A DNA stretch of 32,000 nucleotides from Methanothermobacter marburgensis str. Marburg (GTDB taxonomy: Archaea; Methanobacteriota; Methanobacteria; Methanobacteriales; Methanothermobacteraceae): assembly GCF_000145295.1 (NCBI RefSeq), contig NC_014408.1, forward strand, positions 1,290,001 through 1,322,000, in the 5' to 3' direction. The translations under genes and the position numbers were made by a program. The notes under the pieces are model-generated. The model saw nothing but the letters and a program-made list of their open reading frames with translations, ran no database searches and was not told the DNA's origin. Below, piece by piece: positions 1 through 8,982 of the stretch; the first letter of the stretch is position 1; every line of letters starts with the position of its first letter.

Positions 1-371
1 TAGAGGGCAAATGTCCTCTGGAGCATTATGGCTATTCTTCTCCTGACGGCGGCGAAGGTCTTCTTGTCACAGTTCCAGAAGTCCACCTCCCGGACTGAAA
101 ATTTTGAGCCGCATCCACATACCTTACCCTCAAAGGAGGGGGGTTCAACTCTGAGGCATTCAGGGCAGATTGCCACATTGTAGATGACACGGCCGCTGTC
201 GGGCTTGTATTCCTTCATACCCCTCAGCATGTTTATGAGAACAGATTTTCCTGCCCCACTTCTTCCCAGTATCCCCAGGACCTTGCCCTCATCGATTTCA
301 ACGCTGATGTTTTTTAGAACCTCGACACCCTTAAACTTCTTTGTGACGTTTTCCAGCTTTATGAAAGACAT
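1..371 (-). CDS. atwA: ABC-type ATPase, N-terminal part (gene runs off the left edge); resembles methyl-coenzyme M reductase system component A2
   Basis: Absent from the ORF track because there is no stop codon inside the window. Reverse-strand translation from the ATG (complement of 369-371) gives [49 protein letters not shown]... with Walker [10 protein letters not shown] Cys-rich insert follows (ICPEC...VCGCG), as in A2-type proteins. A GAGGGTGA Shine-Dalgarno lies 4 nt upstream. The 184..417 + ORF is its antisense shadow. Confidence 0.65.
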   Translation of the reverse strand, partial: MSFIKLENVTKKFKGVEVLKNISVEIDEGKVLGILGRSGAGKSVLINMLRGMKEYKPDSGRVIYNVAICPECLRVEPPSFEGKVCGCGSKFSVREVDFWNCDKKTFAAVRRRIAIMLQRTFAL

Positions 372-465
372 ATGCTCACCCTCAGTTGCTAAAATTAACG
401 TTACCAGTGAAAGATGAATCTGTATTATTCTTTTGATAAAGGGACTATTAAAATTTTCTAAATTT

Positions 466-1227
466 TTAGTCTGGGTTAAATCTGAGTTCCCTGAGATTGA
501 AGTCTATCCTGCCAGATATGGCGGCCCTTGCAATTGATACAGCATCTGCACCTGCAGCAAGCATTGCAGCGGCGGATTCAGGGTCTCTCACTGAATTGTT
601 ACCTATCATGACAGCATTCCTTAAACTCTGTGAAACTTCACTTACAAGTTCAAGGTCAGCCCTATCCTCCCCTGGTTTCATGGCGTCCAGGTGAATGTAG
701 CCTACCCCAAGGTCATCAAGCATTCCTGCAATGTCAGCCGTATCAACTCCAGGCACATTTCCCCGTATCTTGACAGAGACCTCTGCATTGGCACCCTTCA
801 CAACCTCAGATGTGAAGTCCTTCAGAAAATCAGGGTCATGGAGCATCGCCTGTCCGGCACCCAGAGAGGTTATCTCTGGCTGTCTGCAGTGTGCATTTAT
901 CTCAACAATATCCACTTCCTCAATGGATGATATCTCCATGATGGGTTCAGGGTCAAGGGCCCTGAGGTTCACAGAGACCAGCACATCAAAACTGTCCTTT
1001 ATCCTTGATGCCTCAGATTCTACTATGGATTTAAGTTCAGAAGAGTCAAAATCAAATTCAGGTCTGCCCCTCTGGGCTATTAGCCTTCCAGCCCTGGATG
1101 TTTCCTCATCTGCATTGTAACCGCCCAGTGTAACAGCATCGAAACCATAGGGGATAAGTTTCATGCAGAATTCTGCATCGGTTATACCTGCCATTGGGGC
1201 CAGGACAATTATGCTATCAGCAACCAT
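466..1227 (-). CDS. Archaeal NifR3/Dus-related TIM-barrel protein (putative flavin-dependent oxidoreductase), function unknown
   Basis: 253 aa. The N-terminal LAPMAGITD motif is like the dihydrouridine synthase/NifR3 family. The short length fits the archaea-only relatives of that family. It lies 44 nt downstream of arfA on the same strand. Confidence 0.6.
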   Translation of the reverse strand: MVADSIIVLAPMAGITDAEFCMKLIPYGFDAVTLGGYNADEETSRAGRLIAQRGRPEFDFDSSELKSIVESEASRIKDSFDVLVSVNLRALDPEPIMEISSIEEVDIVEINAHCRQPEITSLGAGQAMLHDPDFLKDFTSEVVKGANAEVSVKIRGNVPGVDTADIAGMLDDLGVGYIHLDAMKPGEDRADLELVSEVSQSLRNAVMIGNNSVRDPESAAAMLAAGADAVSIARAAISGRIDFNLRELRFNPD

Positions 1228-1271
1228 AGGTTTTTGGTTAGAAAATCTTGATAATGCAGGACCTCATCCAC

Positions 1272-2021
1272 CTATTCCTTCATCACATGGACCAGGTCAT
1301 ATGTGAAGCCGCCCCTTATCTCCTCGAGGGCCAGGTCTGCCAGGTTGGCAGCCTTCTCAGCTGTTGGTGCCTTCCCGATACCTGCCTTGAGTGCAACGTT
1401 TATCTCGTCATCTATTTCATTGAGTATGCGAAGCAGACCCTGCGGTTCAAGGCCGTTACAGGGGGACATGAAGTTATCTCCACCTATGAAGAATAGAAGG
1501 GCGCCCTCCTTTATGAGTTTCTTCATCAGAAAGTGCTGGACCCGGTTAACAATGAATGATGTGTCATAGGCCGGCACAATGTCGGTCATGGTCTCTGTGA
1601 TGCCATTTATATCAATATGTGCAATCTGCACATAACCCTCATCCACAAGACCATCTATGGCAAGGACCTCCTTCCTGTCCTCTGATTGGGCTCCCCCATG
1701 GCTCTGAAGAGCCCTTGAAGCGTTTCTCTGGGCATCATAGGGTGTCTCAGCGGCTCCTACACCCATACTCACGGTTATGGGGTAACGGTTACCTATGGAC
1801 CTCTGTATCCTTCTGTGGTCCTCCACTCCTATACCATTGGTGATGGCAAGCATGTTATCGAATCTTGTGAAGAAAACAAGTCCCTGACGGGCAGCAAACT
1901 GGCGCTGAAGGTCAGCGTAAAGTTCTGCCTGGAGTATCTGAAGATCAGCCTCATTACGTGGGGCTGGTGTGACTGTCCATGGCCCATAATTGTCTATCTG
2001 AATTAAGGTCATCTGTATCAT
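1272..2021 (-). CDS. arfA: GTP cyclohydrolase III (FAPy-forming, riboflavin/F420 precursor pathway)
   Basis: 249 aa starting [19 protein letters not shown], the hallmark N-terminus of the MJ0145 family. Its start overlaps the cofD stop by 4 nt. Confidence 0.88.
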   Translation of the reverse strand: MIQMTLIQIDNYGPWTVTPAPRNEADLQILQAELYADLQRQFAARQGLVFFTRFDNMLAITNGIGVEDHRRIQRSIGNRYPITVSMGVGAAETPYDAQRNASRALQSHGGAQSEDRKEVLAIDGLVDEGYVQIAHIDINGITETMTDIVPAYDTSFIVNRVQHFLMKKLIKEGALLFFIGGDNFMSPCNGLEPQGLLRILNEIDDEINVALKAGIGKAPTAEKAANLADLALEEIRGGFTYDLVHVMKE

Positions 2022-2923
2022 AATATTTCACCCAAAAGTATTCTGGCCAACATTATTTTATCCCCTGTGTTTTCCATGATGGTCTTTGTTATCGTTACCT
2101 CTTTTATTAGTTTTTCTATTTCCATCTTGAGGTTTGAGTCGGCCTCATCAATCACCAGCATGTCAAGAAAATCACTGTACATCTCTGCAAGGCCCAGACT
2201 TGAGGTCTCATAGCCTTTAGCTTCCATGAATTTCCCTGCTGGCCCGCTGAATGGTCTACTTCCGAGAAATGGGGATACTGCAGATACCTCTGCATCTCTG
2301 AGGGCATCCCTCACACCCTCTGTTCTGAGGATGGGCCCTATGGATGTCACAGGATTGGATGGTCCCACTATGACCCTTTCGGCAGATTCAATCGCCTCTA
2401 AAACCCCTGGTGCTGGTTTAACCCTGCTGAACTGAACATCCAGGACCTCGGGCTCTGACCTCCTCTCCACAAGGAACTCGTGGAACCCCATCTCACCCTC
2501 ATCTGTAATTATCCTGATATCGGATTCCTGGTTGCTCATGGGGATAACCCTTGATTTCACACCCAGGGCCCTGCACTGGTGTTCCACAACCCTGTGGAGT
2601 GGCATGTCCCTTAAAAGAAGGGTTTTCTGTATCTTGAATGCCCGGTCAAGGTCGCCTATCCTCAGGAGCTCCGGGCATCCAAGTTCATGGAGCCTCTCAT
2701 GGGTTATGAATGTGTCATCCCGGACCCCATACCATGTCTCCTCGTTTATCATCCCTGCCAGGGTGTAGATAACCGTGTCTATGTCAGGTGCAACGTAGAC
2801 TCCTGAGAAATAATCGTTCTCAACGGTGTTAACTATCACCGTAACCTCAGAGGGGTCCACAACCCTCACAATGCCCTGCAGGAGTTTCGGTGTGCCTGTA
2901 CCCCCAGAGAGGACTGTTATCAT
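2018..2923 (-). CDS. cofD: 2-phospho-L-lactate transferase (LPPG:FO transferase)
   Basis: 301 aa. N-terminus [16 protein letters not shown] and overall CofD-like sequence. Adjacent to cofE. Confidence 0.9.
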   Translation of the reverse strand: MITVLSGGTGTPKLLQGIVRVVDPSEVTVIVNTVENDYFSGVYVAPDIDTVIYTLAGMINEETWYGVRDDTFITHERLHELGCPELLRIGDLDRAFKIQKTLLLRDMPLHRVVEHQCRALGVKSRVIPMSNQESDIRIITDEGEMGFHEFLVERRSEPEVLDVQFSRVKPAPGVLEAIESAERVIVGPSNPVTSIGPILRTEGVRDALRDAEVSAVSPFLGSRPFSGPAGKFMEAKGYETSSLGLAEMYSDFLDMLVIDEADSNLKMEIEKLIKEVTITKTIMENTGDKIMLARILLGEIL

Positions 2924-2931
2924 TGAACCAC

Positions 2932-3690
2932 CTAATCCCTGAAGACGTCAAGTTCCCGGGGCCTTAAGAGTTCCCTTGCGCTGCCAGTGGCGCGGAGGTG
3001 CCCCCATGGGTAACCCCTTACTATGACAGCGGGTACGCCCTCATCTGCCTGTCCCATCACAAGGGAAGCTGCCGCTGCCAGTTCATCTGCAACCGCCACC
3101 CTGGTTGTCTGGAGGCTCCTGCCATAAAGGTCCAGTTCACCCTTCCTGTCCCACACCGGTGAAATGCCAGCGACTCCAACTGCAACACCGACAGCACCCT
3201 CCCTGAAGGGCCTTCCCTGTGTATCGGAGATTATGACAGCCATTTCCCTCCCTGTGAGTTCCTGAAGAGCCCCAAGTATCCTCCTGGCGCTTCCATCAGG
3301 GTCCTCCGGGAGTGGAGTTGCCAGTCCCTCCTCAACATTTGACTCGTCAATACCCGCATTGGCGCATACAAAGCCGTGCCGGGTTTCAGATACTATGAAG
3401 TCATGGCCAACCTTCAGTATCTCACTGGACTCCTCAAGGATTGCCTCAACTAGCCTGGGGTCCTTACCTGTCCTTGATGCTATTTCAAGTGCCTTGCTGG
3501 ATGGCTCAATTCTCCTAAGGTCAACGGTGTTTCCCTCTGCCTTTGCCACCAGTGTTTCAGCGATTACTACTATGTCACCATCAAGGAGTTCCATGTTCGA
3601 GGATTTCAGGGCGTCCACTATGAGGGCTGCTATGTCATCACCCTCTGAGACAAGTGGTAGGCCCTCCACTCCAGTTAGGGTTATCTCCAT
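2932..3690 (-). CDS. cofE: Coenzyme F420-0:L-glutamate ligase
   Basis: 252 aa. CofE-like motifs [31 protein letters not shown] and [12 protein letters not shown]. Confidence 0.88.
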   Translation of the reverse strand: MEITLTGVEGLPLVSEGDDIAALIVDALKSSNMELLDGDIVVIAETLVAKAEGNTVDLRRIEPSSKALEIASRTGKDPRLVEAILEESSEILKVGHDFIVSETRHGFVCANAGIDESNVEEGLATPLPEDPDGSARRILGALQELTGREMAVIISDTQGRPFREGAVGVAVGVAGISPVWDRKGELDLYGRSLQTTRVAVADELAAAASLVMGQADEGVPAVIVRGYPWGHLRATGSARELLRPRELDVFRD

Positions 3691-3704
3691 TTAAGCACCG
3701 GAAT

Positions 3705-4316
3705 TCATTTTTCTCCTGTCGCCAGCTTCCAGCCGTCTCCTGTGTTGAATGCCGCTGCCGAGGTAACAGGGTGTGTGAATGCCGCAAAATCTCCACCGCC
3801 CAGTATGAACTCTGCCGCCTCCTCTGCATTTCCGGCTTCAAAGGTGGTTTCTGCTGGTTCTGTCTGCTCATAGGTTGATATGTACATTGAAACGCCTTCA
3901 GGGACCCTTCTGACGTTTATCCCATCATCTGTAACTATTCCTATGAATGCATCCGAGTCATTGATTGCCGCCGCGATTCTTGGGGTGTTGAGTTCATCCT
4001 TCTCATAGTCCATTGTAAGGAGCGAGAAACCCAGGGCGTCCTTCAGGTTCATCCCCAGGGATATCTTATCTGCAATGGTATCGGTATGGGAACCGTTGGA
4101 TACAACCGCAGTCCCATCAACTATCCTTATGCAGTTGTATGCTATGTAGGGGTTTTTGAATACGTCGCCCTCACAGCCCTCAACTGGTACAATCGCAACC
4201 CTCTCATCAAGGAGCCTTGCCGTCCTGTTTGGGAAGGATCTGCTTGAGACGCGGTATGCCACGAAGGATCCGCTGCTGTTTCTTCCAACTGCCAGTATTC
4301 TTCCAAGATACATCAT
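3705..4316 (-). CDS. purO: Archaeal IMP cyclohydrolase
   Basis: 203 aa starting [13 protein letters not shown]. This is the PurO (MJ0626/MTH1020) family pattern. Confidence 0.88.
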   Translation of the reverse strand: MMYLGRILAVGRNSSGSFVAYRVSSRSFPNRTARLLDERVAIVPVEGCEGDVFKNPYIAYNCIRIVDGTAVVSNGSHTDTIADKISLGMNLKDALGFSLLTMDYEKDELNTPRIAAAINDSDAFIGIVTDDGINVRRVPEGVSMYISTYEQTEPAETTFEAGNAEEAAEFILGGGDFAAFTHPVTSAAAFNTGDGWKLATGEK

Positions 4317-4329
4317 ATCACCTGCAAAA

Positions 4330-4725
4330 TTATGATGGTGTTTTAACCGCCTTATCGACCGGAAGGTCTGGGGGTGCCGTTATGATTATTGCCCCCTCCC
4401 TGGGCCTTATTATTATTTCACCCTCATCTATGACCCTGGTGTGGACTGCCACCGCACTGTTCTTTATGTGGCTGGACATGTCAATGCCATTAACCGTTAC
4501 CCGCCTCAGGCCTGCGACAGGTATGAGGTAGTACTCTGATGGCCCGGTGTTTTCACTTATCTGGGGCTTTCCTGATGCCTCACCTGCCCCCCCTGAAAAG
4601 GTGGTTGTCACCACAAGGAAAATCAGTATTGTGAAGAGTATATCGATGAAGGGAACCATGTTGAACCTTGGCCTTCCATGGACCTTGTTCCTGTACCTCT
4701 CTGTATCCAGGACCATTTTTATCAC
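4330..4725 (-). CDS. ExbD/TolR-family biopolymer transport protein
   Basis: 131 aa. Single N-terminal TM with the ExbD-like core [19 protein letters not shown]. Its start overlaps the stop of the upstream ExbB-like gene by 4 nt (ATGA). Confidence 0.75.
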   Translation of the reverse strand: MIKMVLDTERYRNKVHGRPRFNMVPFIDILFTILIFLVVTTTFSGGAGEASGKPQISENTGPSEYYLIPVAGLRRVTVNGIDMSSHIKNSAVAVHTRVIDEGEIIIRPREGAIIITAPPDLPVDKAVKTPS

Positions 4726-5561
4726 TGCCGCAGCTTACTCTCAATGATCTCGGCGCTCTTACCGCACCTTTCGAGTATTATATTGTTTATGCTCTTCTCA
4801 AGCATGCTGGGCTTGAATGCCACCACAAGGTTTGCCTCAGGGTCATCAACCGTCCTCACGCTGACAACACCATCCGATTCCATGAGGGCCTCGACCACAT
4901 CATCAACGTCTCCATCAACCCTTATCCTCATGATGGCGTACCCCCAGTTTGTCATCTTCTTTATGAGTTCAATCTTGTCTATCTCATCGTCTATCCTGCC
5001 TGTTATGTAGGAGTAGAGGGGCATGAGGATTATGGCAACTGCCAGTCCAAGTATTGTGGTTATCAGTGCAACATAGATCCCCTCAGCCATTGCAGCGGGG
5101 TCAGCGTTAACACCTAGGGCCCTGAATGTGTACCATATCCCTATGACGGTCCCTATAAGACCCAGCATTGGGGCGACCTCTATTATTGTCCTCAGCGTCC
5201 CAAGACCCTTTGTCATGTTGCTCATCTCAACAATGAAAACACGCTCCATCGCATCCTCAACCTCTGAACGGTTCCTGTAGCCTATCTTGAGGGCCTCTGA
5301 TATTATCTTTGATACTGGATTCTGGTACTGCCCTATCTCCCTGAGTGCCTCAAGTGCTCCGCCCTTCTCCATGGATTCATTGACCTTACCTATTATCTGG
5401 GGTGTGCTAACACGTGAAATCTTTCTTAGGTAGTGTATCTTCTCAATGGACGTGATAAAACCATAGACACCTGTGATTGCTATTATGTATGTTATTACAC
5501 CGCCGCTGCGGAACATTTCAAGTACTGTGCCAAAGAAGTTGAAAACTGGTTCGAGAAACAT
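4722..5561 (-). CDS. MotA/TolQ/ExbB-family proton channel protein with an extra C-terminal soluble domain
   Basis: 279 aa with three TM segments in ExbB-like spacing (APMLGLIGTVIGI..., EGIYVALITTILGLAVAI). About 85 residues follow the last TM, which canonical ExbB lacks. AGGTGAGG Shine-Dalgarno upstream. Confidence 0.78.
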   Translation of the reverse strand: MFLEPVFNFFGTVLEMFRSGGVITYIIAITGVYGFITSIEKIHYLRKISRVSTPQIIGKVNESMEKGGALEALREIGQYQNPVSKIISEALKIGYRNRSEVEDAMERVFIVEMSNMTKGLGTLRTIIEVAPMLGLIGTVIGIWYTFRALGVNADPAAMAEGIYVALITTILGLAVAIILMPLYSYITGRIDDEIDKIELIKKMTNWGYAIMRIRVDGDVDDVVEALMESDGVVSVRTVDDPEANLVVAFKPSMLEKSINNIILERCGKSAEIIESKLRQ

Positions 5562-5597
5562 TTTTCTGCCTCACCTGATGGGTATTTACCGGAGAGG

Positions 5598-5612
5598 ATA
5601 TATTTAAAAATA
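5598..5612 (-). promoter_or_regulatory. TATA-box-like element upstream of the exbB-like gene
   Basis: The minus strand reads TATTTTTAAATATAT about 40 nt upstream of the ATG at 5561. It sits in the only sizeable gap (78 nt) of the minus-strand gene array. Confidence 0.4.
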
Positions 5613-5639
5613 GTGGTCTGGCTGTATTAAATAATTAAA

Positions 5640-6263
5640 TCAGTTTTTCCTCCTCTTCTGGACCGTGGCCCATGACTTCCTCACGAAGTCCGGGAGTTCA
5701 TCGTAGCTGAATGATTCCAGAAAAGCCCTTGTGCGTGGGTCGCTGGGATAGCCAGAGCCGATGTCCCCAAGTTTCCTGTTCCTCTTCTGTATCCTCTCTA
5801 TTTCAAGGTCCCTTTCGACCTTGGCTATTATTGACGCTGCTGCAACGGGGTAATACTTTGCATCTGCACCGTGCTCGGCCTTCACCTCGATGTCGCCGAA
5901 ATGAGACCTTATCTCCTCAGTCAGCCTCTCTGGTTTAACATCCACCGAATCTATTATGACGGAGTCCGGCTGTGCCTCTGCTATTATCCTCTTTATTGCT
6001 ATCTTCTCTATCTCATTAAGGTTGAAGCCCTTCTCACGCATCCTGTCAATATCCGATGCAGATATCTTAACCGTGAACACCCTTGAGATCCTTCTTATCT
6101 TCCGGGCGAGAAATTTTCTCCTCTCGGGTGTGAGCTTCTTTGAGTCCCTTATACCCATTTTCCGGAGTATCGAGAACTTCCTCTCAGGGACCATAACACC
6201 CGCCACGACAAGGGGGCCTATTACAGGACCCCTCCCCGCCTCATCAATTCCAAGAACCTTCAT
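5640..6263 (-). CDS. rnhB: Ribonuclease HII
   Basis: 207 aa. N-terminus MKVLGIDEAGRGPVIGPLVVAGV and SASIIAKVERD are typical of RNase HII. Confidence 0.92.
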   Translation of the reverse strand: MKVLGIDEAGRGPVIGPLVVAGVMVPERKFSILRKMGIRDSKKLTPERRKFLARKIRRISRVFTVKISASDIDRMREKGFNLNEIEKIAIKRIIAEAQPDSVIIDSVDVKPERLTEEIRSHFGDIEVKAEHGADAKYYPVAAASIIAKVERDLEIERIQKRNRKLGDIGSGYPSDPRTRAFLESFSYDELPDFVRKSWATVQKRRKN

Positions 6264-6281
6264 CAGATCAGAAAAAAATAA

Positions 6282-7355
6282 TTATTTCATTGCCTTGAGC
6301 CTTACCTCAGGTTCAAGTGCCCTTGGTTCTGCAGCAACTATTGCGGCTCCCTTGGCAACCACTGTCATGGGGTCATCTGATATCTCGGCAGGAATGCCAA
6401 CCTCATCCAGTATCCTCTCCCTGAGGCCCCTGAGCTGTGAGGTTCCACCCACAACAACAGTCTTGTTGTAGACCCCTGAGATGAGTTCAGGTGAGAGCCT
6501 TTCAAGTACCGCTGCTATGGAATCCACTATACCCTTTACAACGGGCTCAGCAGCCTCTGCAACCATTTCAGAGTCAATTTCAACCTTTTTAGGTTTGTTT
6601 GTCTCCATGCATTTACCTATAACCACTGTTTTGAGGTTTTCAAGATCCTCCTTACACTTGACCATCCCAACCTCTATCTTTGCCTTCTCTGCCTCATGGA
6701 TGCCTATCTCAACATTGTACTTCTCCTTCACCAGTTCAACAAGGTTGGTGTCAATATCATCCCCGCCGACCCGGATTGTCTCAATGTCGGTTATGCCTCC
6801 AAGGGATATCACGACAATGTCACTGGAACCGGCCCCTATGTCAACAACCATGGTCCCTGACGCCTCTGCTATGGGCAGCCCGGCCCCTATGGCAGCTGCA
6901 AGGCCCTCACTTATAACCAGGACATAATTTGCCCCGGCCTTCCTTCCTATCTCCTCAACGGCATTTCTTTCAACCTCTGAGGCATCCCCTGGTATACCTA
7001 TAACTATCCTGTCAATGGACTCAGAATCTCCTGCCCCCATCTCCATTGCATATACAAGGAGGGCCTCTGCCTGTGCAACGCTCTCAATAACACCCTTCCT
7101 CAGTGGTCTCACAGCGATTATGTCCTCAGGGGTTCTTCCGAGCATCATCTTTGCCTCTTCACCCACTGCAAGGACATATGATGGGTCCTCCTTCTTGACG
7201 GCCACCACAGAGGGAATCTTGTAGATATCAAATTTATCCCCTGCTGGTTTGGCAACCACGGTGTTGAGGGTACCCAGGTCTATTCCGAGTGTATTGGTGA
7301 TTGCACTCTTCCTTTCCGGTTTCTCTTCAGATTTTTTCTTTCCAAATGAAAACAT
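6282..7355 (-). CDS. mreB: MreB-like actin-family cell-shape protein
   Basis: Motifs LGIDLGTLNTVVA, AVGEEAKMMLGRTPEDIIAVRPLRKGVI and VVDIGAGSSD. The ORF track extends it to 7394. The ATG at 7355 (MFSFGKKK) has a GGAGGAG Shine-Dalgarno 4-5 nt upstream and avoids overlapping the upstream gene, so I prefer it. Confidence 0.85.
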   Translation of the reverse strand: MFSFGKKKSEEKPERKSAITNTLGIDLGTLNTVVAKPAGDKFDIYKIPSVVAVKKEDPSYVLAVGEEAKMMLGRTPEDIIAVRPLRKGVIESVAQAEALLVYAMEMGAGDSESIDRIVIGIPGDASEVERNAVEEIGRKAGANYVLVISEGLAAAIGAGLPIAEASGTMVVDIGAGSSDIVVISLGGITDIETIRVGGDDIDTNLVELVKEKYNVEIGIHEAEKAKIEVGMVKCKEDLENLKTVVIGKCMETNKPKKVEIDSEMVAEAAEPVVKGIVDSIAAVLERLSPELISGVYNKTVVVGGTSQLRGLRERILDEVGIPAEISDDPMTVVAKGAAIVAAEPRALEPEVRLKAMK

Positions 7356-7356
7356 G

Positions 7357-7998
7357 CTACTCCTCCTCAAATATGTCTCTAAAGTCAACTGCAAATATGT
7401 TGTTGCGGGATGCTATCTCATTTATCCTCTCAACATCACCTGATTCATGAACAGATATCAGCAGTGTTACCAGGACAACGTCTGTAACCTTGAAGAGGGG
7501 GTCGATTATATTTCTTATAAATCCCGGAAGCCTCTCTGTAAGGTAGACGTCTGTCTCTATAAACCCGCTCGTTCTGTCCTCAAGGATGAAGGAAAAACCT
7601 ATTTTATTCTTTTCAGCCTCCCCTGCAAACCTTTTCATATAGTTCTCAGGGGCGACAAGAAGCACAAGGTTGGGTTCGTTCTCAACGTAATATGGGGCTA
7701 TCTTTATATAGGCCCCTCCCTTTTCCTTGCAGATAAGTGAAAGATCTCTTATTTTGTTGCTTTCGCCATAAAGCATTATTAAATCAAAGCGTTTTCTTAA
7801 AAAGGAATCCTTGATGGTAACGTGTTCCCTGAAGAGTATCTTTACAAGATCCCTTGAGGTGATTGCCTCGTAGGCCACAGAGTTGACCATTTCCTCATTA
7901 CCCGCAATCACACACCACAGCCTGTCTGAACTCTGGGCTGTTGAAACCTGTGCTGCCTTTCTGAGAACCTTTATCTTACTCTCTATCATCACCATCAC
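7357..7998 (-). CDS. Hypothetical cytoplasmic protein, translationally coupled to mreB
   Basis: 213-aa ORF with no TM segment and no family motif I recognise. Its stop (7357-7359) is 1 nt from the mreB ATG. Start uncertain (a GTG/ATG cluster at 7987-7998). Confidence 0.6.
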   Translation of the reverse strand: MMVMIESKIKVLRKAAQVSTAQSSDRLWCVIAGNEEMVNSVAYEAITSRDLVKILFREHVTIKDSFLRKRFDLIMLYGESNKIRDLSLICKEKGGAYIKIAPYYVENEPNLVLLVAPENYMKRFAGEAEKNKIGFSFILEDRTSGFIETDVYLTERLPGFIRNIIDPLFKVTDVVLVTLLISVHESGDVERINEIASRNNIFAVDFRDIFEEE

Positions 7999-8094
7999 AT
8001 CTACTCTAAAAGGAACTTAAAAGAAAGTTCCTCTGCTCCAGAGGAAAACACATGCATATCAATCACAGATTACATTTAATCTTCAGCACATGAC

Positions 8095-8103
8095 TATATA
8101 TAT
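8095..8103. promoter_or_regulatory. Palindromic TATATATAT element in a divergent intergenic region; candidate bidirectional TATA box
   Basis: An AT-rich 253-bp gap lies between the divergent hyp-mreB and psd operons. The element is about 30 nt upstream of the first psd-leader repeat and about 100 nt upstream of the minus-strand start. Confidence 0.4.
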
Positions 8104-8132
8104 GTTTCACTAATATTATTCAACATCCAGTG

Positions 8133-8193
8133 AGGTGCTGATGAGTGAAAGACTGCATCCCTAGGTTAATATACAGGTGCTGATGAGTGAAAG
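8133..8193 (+). repeat. Perfect 19-bp direct repeat AGGTGCTGATGAGTGAAAG x2 (8133-8151 and 8175-8193) in the psd leader
   Basis: Read directly from the sequence. Each copy carries an SD-like AGGTG plus an ATG, opening a mini-ORF. Confidence 0.9.
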
Positions 8194-8251
8194 CCAGGTG
8201 TTACTCTTCAAGAGGGTCTTCATGTGCCTCTACCTTACAATATTAGAATAG

Positions 8252-8941
8252 GTGAATTGTGTGTTTGTTAAGGGCGTTGCAAAAAGAGCCAGTTTTCTCA
8301 TAAGTGTGGCCACCATCCCATTTCTCCTAGGCTACCACGCGGTCAGTATACTCATGTTCAGCCTCATAGCATTCATGATGCAGTTCTTCAGGGACCCTGA
8401 AAGAAATATTCCCTCTGAAGATAATATCATCGTTGCCCCCGCAGATGGTAGGCGTTTATCCGGCAAGATAGACCGTATAAAAAGGGTAGGGTCCGATTAT
8501 CCCCTCATTGACAGGATATTTCCCAATGGTGGTGAGGCTATTCTCATAAGCACCTTCATGTCACCATTTGATGTCCACGTAAACCGGGCCCCTGTTTCGG
8601 GAAGGGTGATATACACAGAGCATACTGACGGTAAATTCAGGGTTGCACGTTCACGTGTCCTCACCGAAAATGAAAGGAACCTGATCGTGATAGAAACAGA
8701 GCATGGCAATGTTGGTGTGGTGCAGATAGCAGGGTTCATTGCACGGAGGATCGTTCAGTACGTCAATGAGGGAGACTATGTTGAGCGGGGGAGCCGTATA
8801 GGTATGATAAGGTTCGGCTCAAGGGTCGACCTCATACTGCCAGAAAACTGTGAGGTGCTTGTGAAGACCGGTTCAAGGTCTGTTGCCGGGGAGACTGTTG
8901 TAGCAAGGTTCGTAAAGCCTAAATCAGACCGCAAAAATTAA
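8252..8941 (+). CDS. psd: Archaetidylserine (phosphatidylserine) decarboxylase proenzyme
   Basis: 229 aa. Motifs FFRDPERN, APADGR, FMSPFDVHVNRAP and the self-cleavage-type FGSRVD. GTG start immediately after an in-frame TAG. Confidence 0.85.
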   Translation: MNCVFVKGVAKRASFLISVATIPFLLGYHAVSILMFSLIAFMMQFFRDPERNIPSEDNIIVAPADGRRLSGKIDRIKRVGSDYPLIDRIFPNGGEAILISTFMSPFDVHVNRAPVSGRVIYTEHTDGKFRVARSRVLTENERNLIVIETEHGNVGVVQIAGFIARRIVQYVNEGDYVERGSRIGMIRFGSRVDLILPENCEVLVKTGSRSVAGETVVARFVKPKSDRKN

Positions 8942-8982
8942 TTAGTCAGACACAACCATATACAACTCTGCAGGTGGCGCTG

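Noticed and set aside
184-417. 77-aa plus-strand ORF at the left edge.
   Set aside because: It is antisense to a clearly recognisable ABC-ATPase reading frame (Walker A) on the minus strand.
5956-6471. 171-aa plus-strand ORF spanning the rnhB/mreB junction.
   Set aside because: It is antisense to two well-supported genes and crosses their intergenic gap. The composition is typical of an antisense frame.
8139-8193. CUGAUGA...GAAA strings in the 19-bp repeats look like C/D-box sRNA boxes or a hammerhead ribozyme core.
   Set aside because: For a C/D sRNA there is no CUGA (D or D') box about 12 nt after either UGAUGA, and no terminal stem. For a hammerhead, only GU lies between CUGAUGA and GAAA, so there is no stem II, and no flanking helices I/III. 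SD-ATG modules are the simpler reading.
8133-8193. Direct repeats with a spacer might be a CRISPR remnant.
   Set aside because: There are only two 19-bp copies. They are shorter than CRISPR repeats, no cas genes are nearby, and the position fits an mRNA leader.
8162-8251. The in-frame TAG codons in the psd leader might encode pyrrolysine.
   Set aside because: Pyl decoding is known only from Methanosarcinales, Methanomassiliicoccales and a few bacteria, not Methanobacteriales. No pyl genes are in the window. I treat the TAGs as genuine stops.
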